Shown in pieces: positions 54,601-64,000 of a stretch of DNA of 64,000 nt; position 1 is the first letter of the stretch, and each line of letters begins with the position of its first letter. Both the position numbers and the translations under genes were made by a program. The DNA comes from Octopus vulgaris. Its lineage: Eukaryota. Below the pieces are notes generated by a model that was given only the letters and a program-made list of their open reading frames with translations, had not been told where the DNA came from and made no database searches. The stretch is taken from assembly GCA_951406725.2 (NCBI GenBank), contig OX597827.1:72602001-72666000 (forward strand). Direction: 5' to 3'.

Positions 54601-57600
54601 GGATCAGAATGAGGAAACTAGGTCCAGACTATATGAGCTATGGATCAGAATGAGGGAGCTAGGTCCAGACTATATGAGCTATGGATCAGAATGAGGGAGC
54701 TAGGTCCAGACTATATGAGTCATAAATCAGAACAAGGGAGCTAGGTCCAGACAATATGATCCATGGTCAGAATGAGGGTGCTAGGTTCAGACTAAATGAG
54801 CCATGGATCAGAATAAGGGAACTAGGTTGAAACTATATGAGCCATGGATCAGAATGAGGGAGCTAGGTCCAGACTATATGAGCTATGGATCAGAATAAGG
54901 GAACTAGGTTGAAACTATGAGCCATGGATCAGAATGAGGAAGCTAGGTCCAGACTATATGAGCCATGGATCAGAATGAGGAAGCTAGGTCCAGACTATAT
55001 GAGCTATGGATTAGAATAAGGAAGCTAGGTCCAGACTATATGAGCTATGGATCAGAATAAGGGAACTAGGTTGAAACTATGAGCCATGGATCAGAATGAG
55101 GAAGCTAGGTCCAGACTATATGAGCCATGGATCAGAATGAGGAAGCTAGGTTGAAACTATGAGCCATGGATTAGAATGAGGAAGCTAGGTCCAGACTATA
55201 TGAGCCATGGATCAGAATGAGGAAGCTAGGTCCAGACTATATGAGCTATGGATCAGAATGAGGGAGCTAGGTCCAGACTATATGTTGGGTGTAGTATCAG
55301 TTTGATTCTTTCAAGTTCCTGCAGTTTATTTTGGGTCGTTCAAGCAGTATGAAGTCTTGTGTTGTCTTGCTACTGATGAGTACACTTTCTGGTAATCTGC
55401 CAGGTATTTTTGCTGCACAATGGCATACATCCATTCCAGCTGTTCAGACAACAGATTGACATCAATGGTTCGACTGTCTGGAACAAACTTTTAGTGTATT
55501 ATTCCTTCATAATTCCACCAGGCATAAAGCATTACCTTTTGTTCGAAATACCCATGTTTGGCTCCAGGTTCAAGAAGCTGGTCCTTGCTTAACTACTGCT
55601 TATACATATTAGGATTATGGGAAAATATCTCCTCAGATAATTCCTTGTTCCTACCCATTGTTCACTGCCTATGCTCACAACACTTCATCAAAAAAGAGAA
55701 GGCAGAAGCTTCAGTGAAGTTCTTCACCTCAAAGGACAAAAACTGGTACCAGTATGGGATCAAAGAACTGGCAGAAATGTGGCTTCAGATGTTGCAACAC
55801 AATGGACTCAACCTCTACTTTTAATGCTTTGGCTGCTTTTGTTGTAACTTGACAAATAAAACAAATAAATTACAAAAATATTGCAAAACTTTTGACTCAG
55901 TGCTACACTAAACAGGATGGGCCAAAAATCATGAAGGTGTTTCAATATTTCACAAGTTCTTAATTTTTTTTGTTCTAAACATATTTCCAAAACCCCAATA
56001 TATATATATATATAATGAAAAATTATAGAGGTGAACTCTTTTCAAGAAACAACAGTGTAGGGCTCAATTAATTGAGTGATTAGATTAAAGTATTAATTTG
56101 AAAGAGACAAGTTCCAAGGTCAGTAATACTCCTCATCAAAGCTGACATATCATCATCATCACCGTTTAACGTCCGTTCTCCATGCTAGCATGGGTTGGAC
56201 GGTTCGACCGGGGATCTGGGAAGCCAGAAGGCTGCACCAGGCTCCAGTCTTATCTGGCAATGTTTCTACAGCTGGATGCCCTTCCTAACGCCAACCACTC
56301 CGTGAGTGTAGTGGGTGCTTTTACGTGCCACCTGCACAGGTGCCCGGCGTGGCTGGCAACGGCCACGGTCGGATTGGTGTATTTTATGTGCCACCAGCAC
56401 GGAAGCCAGTCGAGGCGGCGCTGGCATCGGCCACGAGTCGGATATTAACTTAATATCAATTTTTACCCTTATATATATATATATATATCATCATCATCAT
56501 CATTTAGCGTATATATATATATGAGAAATAGATGTAAGTTAGGGATGGGAAGTGGGGAATCACATATAAAAAAAAAAATAATTAATAAAATTTCTTAAAA
56601 TGTTATACCTTTTCATGACTTTTGGCCCACTCTGTATAACATTAAATCAATTCCTTAGACTACTTTACAACACAATGTATTCAACTGCAATATACTATAA
56701 CATTCATGCAGCCTTGTTTACCACTGATTCATTCATCACTGTTGAGATCCATGTTACACTTAACATAAACTGATCTATGATAATATTAGAAAGATATTAT
56801 CTCGAAGAATACCAGTCGAAGATTCTGCTTGGGCTGCAGAACCATACTTCAGTGATCACCTGCAATGCTCAGCTACCCAGAATGCACTGGCTGTTGCTTG
56901 TGTTTACATGACCTTGCTGTGAGGTCGTATATATTTTCATATGGGATTATGTATTGGTACCCATCAGCATGGGACCAGTGAGCAGAAAAATATACAAAGG
57001 CACCTGAGAAAGAGTCCAGAAGCTGGTTACCCGCATGGTTCTTGGTCTCAAATATTTGTCTTATGAAGAAAGGCTGAAGACGCTGTGGTGATCTCAATCT
57101 TGCTCACAACATCATAAGTGGAAAGTGTAACCTCTCGAAAAAGCTGTTCTTCACTCCTGCTCCAGAGCATCAGCTGCGGGGTCACTCTAAAAGCTCTATC
57201 TGCGACGATTTCATCTCAATCGAAGGAGAGGGGCTTTCTCCGTCCGGGTTGTGGATCCGTGGAATAAGCTGCCGGACGAGATAGTGAAGATGCCAACGAC
57301 TGCTCGGTTCAAAGTCTCCCTTGACCACAAATGGCCTGAACTCTTTGCATGAACACCACCCTGTACATAACTCCATGTCCCCCTACATGGTCTTGCTTTT
57401 TGCTTTTTGAGCCAAAAAATTAACTAACCAACTAACTATCAAACAAATGATGCAGATGAGTGTATTTTCCATGGGGAAAAAGGCAGAAATGATTAAGAAT
57501 ATATTTAATAGTGGAAGCTTCACTGCTGTCGGCTGCAAGTTTAGTGGATATGAATCTATCGTTCATTCCATTTCCAAAGAGCTTGGAGATGATTCACTTA

Positions 57601-58541
57601 TCACTGATTCATTTAACCCTTTGGCATTTAAACCGGCCATATCCGGCCCAAATTTTCTCCTTCTTTTCTGTTCAAACCATCTAGATCTGGCCTCTCACTC
57701 ATATCCTACAATGACATCCTCAAAATAAAACCATCACATCATCAAATTCTCAGAACTACAAGATAATGCAGGATTAATTCAAAACAATGTGAATGAAAAA
57801 GCATTATATTTGACAGAGTAATCTGAACACTGAAGGGTTAACACTGAATCATTTATCACTGTCTAAAAACTGCTTCCTCCTCCCCACCATGATAAACAAG
57901 CATAGATGTATTATAAATCACTACAGTGTAAGACTATTCTATCAGTTGAGTAACAACTACAACAAAAGCAGGAGTCACAACAGTGGCCATAGAAATACTT
58001 TCAGGAGAAATTTTATTCATACCATAGTGTCTGTTTATAACACAGCTATTGAGAAGGGTTTTGTGCTGGGGAAAGACTTGTTTTCTTGGCTGTAAAGGGA
58101 GACACATTATTTCTCAATGAAAGCTGTTTTACTGGAATGCCAACTGAAGTATCATGGGAAATAAAATAATTAATAAACAAAAGGGAAAAAATAATAAAAG
58201 AAATAACATGAAGTATAAAATAAACTAAAGGGGAGAGAGAGAGGGAGAGAGGGCAAGAGAGAGAGCAAGAAAGGGTGAGAAAGAGAGAGCTGAACACTAC
58301 TTACATTTTGGGACAATTGGTTGTGGTTTTGTCTGAAAGAGAAAATTTATATTTGTTGAGCTTTCAAAGGAAAGAGAAAAGGTTGTTGTTGTTGTTGTTC
58401 TTGGTGGTGGGTGATACAGATGAAGGAACAGAAAAGCATCATTTCAAAACAGAAATATGAAGTGTAGAAGATATGGTTATACATACATACACACACACAC
58501 ACACCTATATACCTACATACATACACACAGACATACATACA

Positions 58542-58575
<34 letters not shown>

Positions 58576-59514
58576 CATACACATACACACACACCTACAT
58601 ACCTACATACATACACACAGACATATACATACGTACATACATACATACATACGTACATACATACATACATACATGAGCATGTCTAGATATGCAACTATAT
58701 GCATGAGAATACATGCATGAAACATTCAAATCTGCACATACACACAGACACATACATAGATAGATACATACATACATATATATATATATACGCATATACA
58801 TACATACGCACATACATACATACATACATACATACATACATACGTACATACATACGTACATACATACATACATACATACGTACATACATACATACATATG
58901 TGAGCATGTCTAGATATGCAACTATATGCATGAGAATACATACATACATACATACAAACACAAATACCCTGTTGCTGATGTTGGGATTCCAATGAAGGAG
59001 CCTTAGATCTAAGATTAGAAACCGGTTCTTTCTCTATTGGCAAGAAATATTGAAATAAACTGAATAATGACTTACATACACACAGACACATACACATGAG
59101 TGGACAAACAAAAGGGAGAATTACTCAACACATTTAGTTGGAGTAGCATGTATTATTTAAAGCAGTTTGATATATACACTGAGACCTCCTTCAGTCATGA
59201 CTGACCATGGGATTGCACCTGGGAAGTTACCCTCCCAGGCACAAGTCTGGGCAAGGTTGTTTATGGAAGACCAACAGTCGCCCATGCACACCGGCCTCCG
59301 CTCTCCACACCACCAGTGTTATCGAAAGGAAAGGCAACGGCCAATACAGCTTGGCACCTGTGACATCGCGACTCATTTCTTCAGCTGAGTGAACTGGAGC
59401 AATGTGAAATAAAGTGTCTTGCTCAAGAACACAATACACAGCCCAGTCCAGGATTCGAAACTCACAACCTCACGATCGTAAGCTCGACACTCTAACCACT
59501 GAGCCATGCGCCTT

Positions 59515-59598
<84 letters not shown>

Positions 59599-60846
59599 GA
59601 AATTTAGGTGGCGGGGGCTCTGAAAGGAATCTCAGGGAGTAGCATCCCTGCCTTCCTGAGCTAGTTTTCAATCACATTTCTTAAAAATCATGGTAGAGGC
59701 CTTGGTCTCGGCACCACTCATATAGATCATCATCATATATAGATTCTATATCTCTATAAATATCTATATCTGTATATAGATTATCAAGACATCATAATTA
59801 CATTCTGACACATTATGCAATAAAGCCTTGGGCATAGAACCCCACTCCTGTAAAAGACAGGGTGGGCACACATGGAATGCTTCTGATGAAAACACTGCCT
59901 TGGTAGGGCTGACCAAGTTTTATACAACAATGAAAACAACAACAACTGTAAATCAATTAAAAGCCAAGAGATTAAACTAGATTAAACACATTAGATTGAT
60001 AATGGATTCCAGAAAGCTTTAGGCTTACACATACCTCGGCTTTAAGTTTTTCTTTGGGGAGTCTTCGACCTGGCAAGGGTGGCTTTATTTTCATGGGTGG
60101 ATCATTTTCCTGACAAAATTAAAGAAAAAAAAAATTATAAAGTTTACAGGTGCAGACGTGATTGTGTGGTAAGAAGCTTGCTTCTCAACCACATGGTTCC
60201 AGGTTCAGTCCTACTGCATGGCAAATGTCTTCTACTATAGCCTTGAGCTGGTCAAAGCCTAGTGAGTGGATTTGGTAGAGGGAAACAGAAAGAAGCCTGT
60301 ATATCATCACATTCATCATTGTTTAACATTTGCCTTCCATGCTGGCATGGGTGGGATGGTTTGACAGAAGCTGGCCAGGCAGAGGCCTACACCAGACCTC
60401 TGTGACTGTTTTGGCAGGACTTTTACAACTGGATGCCTTTCCTAACACCAACCACCAGAAGAGTGGTTTTTTACATGGCATCATCATCATCATCATCATC
60501 ATCATCGTTTAACGTCTGTTCTCCATGCTAGCATGGGTTGGACGGTTCGACCGGGGATCTGGGAAGCCAGAAGGCTGCACCAGGCTCCAGTCTTATCTGG
60601 CAATGTTTCTACAGCTGGATGCCCTTCCTAACGCCAACCACTCCGTGGTGCTTTTTACGTGCCACCTGCACAGGTGCCAGGTGAGGCTGGCAACAGCCAC
60701 GGTCGGATTGGTGAATTTTATGTGCCACTGGCACGGAAGCCAGTCGAGGCGGTGCTGGCATCGGCCACGAGTCGGATAGTGCTTTTTACGTACCACCAGA
60801 CCAGGGATCCTGGCTTGTTCAATTCGATATATATATTCAATTCAAT

Positions 60847-60886
<40 letters not shown>

Positions 60887-61296
60887 AAATTAATCAAAGG
60901 TCATACTAAGTATGTCAACCTGCAAGAAATAACAGTCAAAACTCTTATTTAAATCACCAAAATACACTGATAATAACTACAGACATTAACTGTCTGAAGG
61001 CAAACAGGCTAAGACAATCTCTCAGCATACACTCAAGTATTTGGACTCATGTGGACCGGTTTCTGGACTGGCATTATAGCCTCACCCTCCCCAGCACGTG
61101 TTACCATGATGGAGAGCCCCAACCTCTTATGTTGAAGTCTGTGCTGCAACTGATTCATTTTGCACCACAATCATGGCAGCCACCAGTGTGAGAATAATTT
61201 CAATGCGGAGCAAATAATTCACAAAAGAATAATGATATCTTCACAAATTATTTTTTCACAAATTATTTCCTCTGCATATATGTATATATATATATA

Positions 61297-61344
<48 letters not shown>

Positions 61345-62718
61345 GGCGGTTACAATACCAGTGATCGTAGGAGCACTAAGAATGATCAAGAAGGGAACCG
61401 AAAATTATATGAGAATGATCCCTGGCTTACCATCCCTGCAAGAAGTGCAAAAGATTGTCTTAACTGGTACATCACACGTATTGAGAAGAGCATTGTCGAT
61501 GTGAGAACTGTTGCTGCTCATGTATTTTAATCTAACTTTAAAAAAAAAAAAAAAAAAAAATGAACGAACTTCTGAGTTTGGTTTAATGGCCTACCAATAT
61601 ACACTATGAGTTTCTTTGCCCTAGGAGTCGGGAAGACACTCGGCAAGAAATGGAAGAAAATTTGAAAGAAGAAAAAAAAAAAAAGTAATAATAATAATAA
61701 TAATAATTTGAGGGAATATTATTCCAAACTTACAGGGAGAAATTCAATTTAGAAATACTAAATCAAATTTCACAAAATATAATATATATATATATATATA
61801 TAAGTTAGAAAAAAACACCTTTTATCAATTCAAAATGAAAAATTAAATTACACCATCTAGAAAATTACATATAACAGAAATATTAAATATAAAATAAAAA
61901 ATACATTGATGATTAAGTAATGTGCAAAACAATAAATAAAATGTGCACATTACTTAATCATTGGTATATTTTTTATTTTATATTTAATATTTCTATTATA
62001 TGTAATTTTCTAGATGGTGTAATTTAACTTTTTATTTTGAATTGATAAAAGGTGTTTTTTCTAATTTATATATATATATATATATATGTCTGCTTTCTCT
62101 GCTGGTATGGATTGGATGTTTGACATAATATGTGATTAATTGGATGGAAGCACTCCGTCGGTTACGACGACGAGGGTTCCGGTTGATCCGAATCAACGGA
62201 ACAGCCTGCTCGTGAAATTAACGTGTAAGTGGCTGAGCACTCCACAGACCATGTGTACCCTTAACAGTTCTCGGGGATATTCAGCGTGACACAGAGAGTG
62301 ACAAGGCCGGCCCCTTTGAAATACAGGTACAACAGAAACAGGAAGTAAGAGTGAGAGAAAGTTGTGGTGAAAGAGTACAGCAGGGATCGCCACCATCCCC
62401 TGCCGGAGCCTCGCGGAGCTTTAGGTGTTTTCGCTCAATAAACACTCACAACGCCCGGTCTGGGAATCGAAACCGCGATCCTATGACTGCGAGTCCGCTG
62501 CCCTAACCACTGGGCCATTGCGCCTCCACATGTGATTAATTGAAAAGAATGTGAATATATAAAAGCTAGATGTGACTGAGTAATCTGACAGTAAAAGTGT
62601 TAATAACTAAGCCACGAATCCCTACAATGGCATCATGAAGCCCGAATATATTATTAACCGCATCACTTACCACCAAATCATTATCAAAACATTCGTAGTT
62701 CTCTTCCTGGGGATCATC
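30006..62718 (-). CDS. SLP-76/BLNK/CLNK-family SH2 adaptor, 3' part (10 exons, 319 aa + stop); 5' exons lie beyond the window
   Basis: Exons 62671-62718, 60035-60109, 58023-58089, 46901-47020, 42908-43072, 38380-38438, 36448-36504, 33068-33148, 32459-32611 and 30006-30140 all have AG/GT ends and matching phases (sum 960 nt). The SH2 reads [68 protein letters not shown], which is the layout of the BLNK/SLP-76 C-terminal SH2. Confidence 0.85.
31860..32092 (+). mobile_element. CR1-group LINE 3' end
   Basis: [24 protein letters not shown] followed by a short 3' UTR and a repeated ttctaagtta tail. Confidence 0.7.
32459..32611 (-). CDS. SH2 core exon ([51 protein letters not shown])
   Basis: ctttatcacag / GTAAGT boundaries, 153 nt, phase 0-0; FLLRDS is the FLVRES phosphotyrosine-binding motif. 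Confidence 0.92.
33068..33148 (-). CDS. SH2 N-terminal exon ([27 protein letters not shown])
   Basis: ttgcag / GTAAGG boundaries, 81 nt, phase 0-0; PWYFG and the alphaA helix of SH2. Confidence 0.9.
34270..34530 (-). mobile_element. Degenerate RTE LINE AP-endonuclease fragment
   Basis: [34 protein letters not shown] resembles the GVGFAI..L..P..ISDRLM.LRL motif. Confidence 0.65.
36448..36504 (-). CDS. Adaptor exon ([19 protein letters not shown]), acidic Tyr motif
   Basis: tctattgtag / GTATGT boundaries, 57 nt, phase 0-0, fits the chain. Confidence 0.78.
37105..38130 (-). mobile_element. Mariner transposase pseudogene (HTH to first catalytic Asp region) interrupted by a SINE at 37261-37634
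   Basis: [39 protein letters not shown] (WVPxxL), [10 protein letters not shown]; SINE flanked by TSD tgtttctgctg / tgcttctgctg. Confidence 0.85.
38380..38438 (-). CDS. Adaptor exon ((A)[19 protein letters not shown])
   Basis: tttattgcag / GTAAGA boundaries, 59 nt, phase 1-0. Confidence 0.78.
40091..40602. mobile_element. Tc1/mariner-superfamily (pogo/Tc2-like) MITE
   Basis: TIRs ccgtaaatcctcgagtata..cc / ggattatacttgaggatttacgg, with TA on both sides. Confidence 0.85.
40850..41316 (+). mobile_element. L1/Tx1-type LINE 3' end
   Basis: [35 protein letters not shown], then a 3' UTR with aataaa. Confidence 0.6.
42908..43072 (-). CDS. Adaptor exon ((F)[54 protein letters not shown])
   Basis: gttctccag / GTACCT boundaries, 165 nt open, phase 1-1. 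Confidence 0.8.
43665..43883 (-). mobile_element. piggyBac-like MITE (219 bp, TTAA TSD)
   Basis: TTAA|ccctttagtgttcaga ... aaataccaaaggg|TTAA; same family as 50011-50230 and 57617-57837. Confidence 0.85.
46901..47020 (-). CDS. Adaptor exon ((V)[39 protein letters not shown])
   Basis: ttctattttccag / GTAAGT boundaries, 120 nt open, phase 1-1. Confidence 0.8.
48509..48521 (-). other. Candidate 13-nt microexon (AATGAAAATTTGG) of the SH2 adaptor gene
   Basis: TACTAAC branch point (48556-48562), first downstream AG at 48522-48523, TGC 9-11 nt upstream of the exon, consensus donor GTGAGT. Confidence 0.4.
49901..50424 (+). mobile_element. 5'-truncated RTE-type LINE 3' end encoding two C2H2 zinc fingers
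   Basis: After removing the MITE: [24 protein letters not shown]...[25 protein letters not shown]; flanked by (tatg)n. Confidence 0.7.
50011..50230 (+). mobile_element. piggyBac-like MITE (220 bp) nested in a LINE zinc-finger tail
   Basis: TTAA at 50007-50010 and 50231-50234; removing the MITE restores a reading frame. Confidence 0.88.
51393..51620. mobile_element. Penelope-like element terminal fragment with an inverted duplication of about 80 bp
   Basis: Arms 51393-51472 and 51481-51560; contains a hammerhead-like motif; sits in (TA)n. Confidence 0.6.
51485..51522 (+). ncRNA. Minimal type I hammerhead ribozyme-like motif (C-variant core)
   Basis: CTGT-CCGATGA-ATG(GGAA)CAT-GAAA-CTC(C)GAG-TA-ACAG: stems I, II and III can all form; the core is CCGAUGA instead of CUGANGA. 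Confidence 0.55.
51724..52065 (-). mobile_element. Mariner transposase 3' remnant with TIR
   Basis: [33 protein letters not shown] (frameshifted YSPDLAP region); end tatcaggttgagtaaaaag. Confidence 0.8.
54184..55905. mobile_element. Mariner remnant(s): minus-strand catalytic region and 3' end (54184-55570) plus an inverted 3' end (55630-55905)
   Basis: [36 protein letters not shown] and [22 protein letters not shown]; outward-facing TIRs gagtcaaaagttttgcaata / tattgcaaaacttttgactc. Confidence 0.8.
54435..55284 (+). repeat. 41-bp satellite, about 21 copies (catggatcagaatgagggagctaggtccagactatatgagc)
   Basis: Directly visible head-to-tail units without spacers. Confidence 0.95.
56900..57437 (+). 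mobile_element. CR1 LINE 3' end
   Basis: [55 protein letters not shown]; (taac)n-like tail. Confidence 0.85.
57617..57837 (+). mobile_element. piggyBac-like MITE (221 bp, TTAA TSD)
   Basis: TTAA|ccctttggcatttaaaccggcc ... ctgaacactgaaggg|TTAA. Confidence 0.85.
58023..58089 (-). CDS. Adaptor exon ([22 protein letters not shown])
   Basis: tgtctccctttacag / GTATGA boundaries, 67 nt; supplies the phase 0-to-1 transition the chain requires. Confidence 0.6.
60035..60109 (-). CDS. Adaptor Pro-rich exon ([25 protein letters not shown])
   Basis: aattttgtcag / GTATGT boundaries, 75 nt, phase 0-0; PPLPGR is a class II SH3-ligand-like motif. Confidence 0.8.
61344..61684 (+). mobile_element. R4/Dong-like retrotransposon 3' end inserted in (TAA)n
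   Basis: [38 protein letters not shown]; (taa)n on both flanks. Confidence 0.8.
62143..62529 (-). mobile_element. Young tRNA-derived SINE family C with 13-bp target-site duplication
   Basis: Head tggaggcgcaatggcccagtggttagggcagcggactc..ggtttcgattccc; TSD atgtgattaattg at 62130-62142 and 62530-62542; CpGs intact. Confidence 0.88.
62671..62718 (-). CDS. Adaptor acidic Tyr exon ([16 protein letters not shown])
   Basis: tttatttcag / GTAAGT boundaries, 48 nt, phase 0-0; acidic-x-YE motif like Syk/ZAP70 substrate sites. Confidence 0.75.
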
Positions 62719-63284
62719 CTGAAATAAACAGTAAAATTGAAAGAATGAAGTTTGCTGATCGCAATAGACTTGGAATGTATTGCAATTAGAAATAGTAATT
62801 AATTATTTATGAACATTATTGAATGATAGATCTTTTTTAATTAGGATCCTAGATATGATGTGTGTGTGTGTGGCATTCGCTTAAAAGAAACATTTTTTAA
62901 TCATGTACATGAGAAGCAAAAAGTTTCAGATGTGTGAGAGTAGGGAATGTGTGATGTTGTGATGCTCAGGCTTTTTCCAAGTACATCAATGACATGTTCT
63001 ATGTGAAATGGTTCCAGTTACATAACCAAGACATTTGTCGGCCTTATTTCTGTTCCTCCATCATATTTCCTGATCTTCTTTTAATAATCCTTTCTACTAG
63101 AGGCACAAGGCCTGAAATTTGATGGGAAGGGGCTCGTTGATTATGTCAACCCCAGTGCTTAACTAATACTTACTTCATCACCCCTAAAAGATGAATGACA
63201 GAGTTGACCTTTGTAGAATTTGAACTCAGAACATAAGGACAGATGAAATGCCACAAAGCATTTTGTCCAATGTGTTAATGATTA

Positions 63285-63932
63285 CTGGCCTCCGTGCCGG
63301 TGGCACGTAAAAAGCACCATCCGATTGTGGCCGTTGCCAGCCTCGCCTGGCCCCCGTGCTGGTGGCACATAAAAAGCACTACCCGACCGTGTCCGTTGCC
63401 AGCGCCGCCCCGACTGGCCTCCGTGCCGGTGGCATGTAAAAAGCACCATCCGATTGATGCCGTTGCCAGCCTCGCCTGGCCCCCGTGTCGGTGGCACATA
63501 AAAAGCACTACCCGACCGTGTCCGTTGCCAGCGCCGCCCCGACTGGCCTCCGTGCTGGTGGCACGTAAAAAGCACCATCCGATCGTGGTCGTTGCCAGCC
63601 TGGCTTGGCCCCCGTGCCGGTGGCACATAAAAAGCACTACCCGACCGTGTCCGTTGCCAGCGCCGCCCCGACTGGCCTCCGTGCCGGTGGCACGTAAAAA
63701 GCACCATCCGTCCGTGGCCGTTTGCCAGCCCCGTCTGGCACCTATGCGGGTGGCACATAAAAAGCACCCACAACACTCACGGAGTGGTTGGCGTTAGGAA
63801 GGGCATCCAGCCGTAGAAACACTGCCAGATCAGACTGGGCCTGGTGCAGCCTTCAGGCTTCCCAGACCCCAGTTGAACCGTCCAACCCATGCTAGCATGG
63901 AAAGCGGACGCTAAACGATGATGATGATGATG
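63285..63932 (+). mobile_element. SINE ending in (GAT)n with an internal 129-bp tandem expansion (other family copies at about 4283-4436, 30540-30800, 42293-42600, 56150-56450, 60485-60810)
   Basis: Units start at 63285, 63414, 63543 and 63672; 3' end gcatggaaagcggacg.taaacgatgatg is shared with the dispersed copies. Confidence 0.8.
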
Positions 63933-64000
63933 ACTAGCTTGTTGCCAATCTTCCTTTAATAATGGCAATATTAACAATTATAACATATTTATTGAGACTA

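Noticed and set aside
54435-55284. 41-bp repeats as a CRISPR array
   Set aside because: Head-to-tail units without unique spacers, no cas genes, eukaryotic context; derived from a mariner sequence.
56873-57003. Minus-strand frame with Tyr motifs ([15 protein letters not shown]) as an extra adaptor exon
   Set aside because: It is the antisense of degenerate CR1 LINE sequence (YMTL.VR...ERVQ on +), has only weak donors and runs into a stop; unsupported without RNA data.
62455-62529. tRNA gene
   Set aside because: A and B boxes are present, but it is the head of a multi-copy SINE with a TSD; no clean acceptor stem or terminator.
63275-63797. GC-rich ORFs of 120-167 aa on both strands
   Set aside because: Consequence of a 129-bp (43-codon) tandem repeat inside a SINE.

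Overview
Eukaryotic, AT-rich DNA dense in microsatellites and SINEs. The SINE families and repeat landscape point to an octopus (coleoid cephalopod) genome; this is inferred, not searched. Two protein-coding genes converge. (1) A + strand 1202-aa ORF (13223-16831) lies in one coding exon and encodes a domain-less, low-complexity protein with PP1-docking SILK and RVxF-type motifs. (2) A - strand spliced gene was reconstructed by hand from 10 GT-AG exons (62718 down to 30006, 960 nt, phase-consistent). It encodes the C-terminal 319 aa of an SLP-76/BLNK/CLNK-type adaptor with an acidic Tyr motif, a Pro-rich linker and a C-terminal SH2 domain; its 5' end lies beyond the window. The rest is transposon debris: tRNA-derived SINEs, RTE/CR1/Tx1/R4-Dong LINE fragments, mariner remnants, piggyBac-like and Tc/mariner MITEs, a Helitron and Penelope-type fold-backs. 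Most notable: a candidate 13-nt microexon, a minimal hammerhead ribozyme, and a 41-bp satellite that grew out of a mariner YSPDLAP motif. Almost all short ORFs in the supplied track are microsatellite artefacts.
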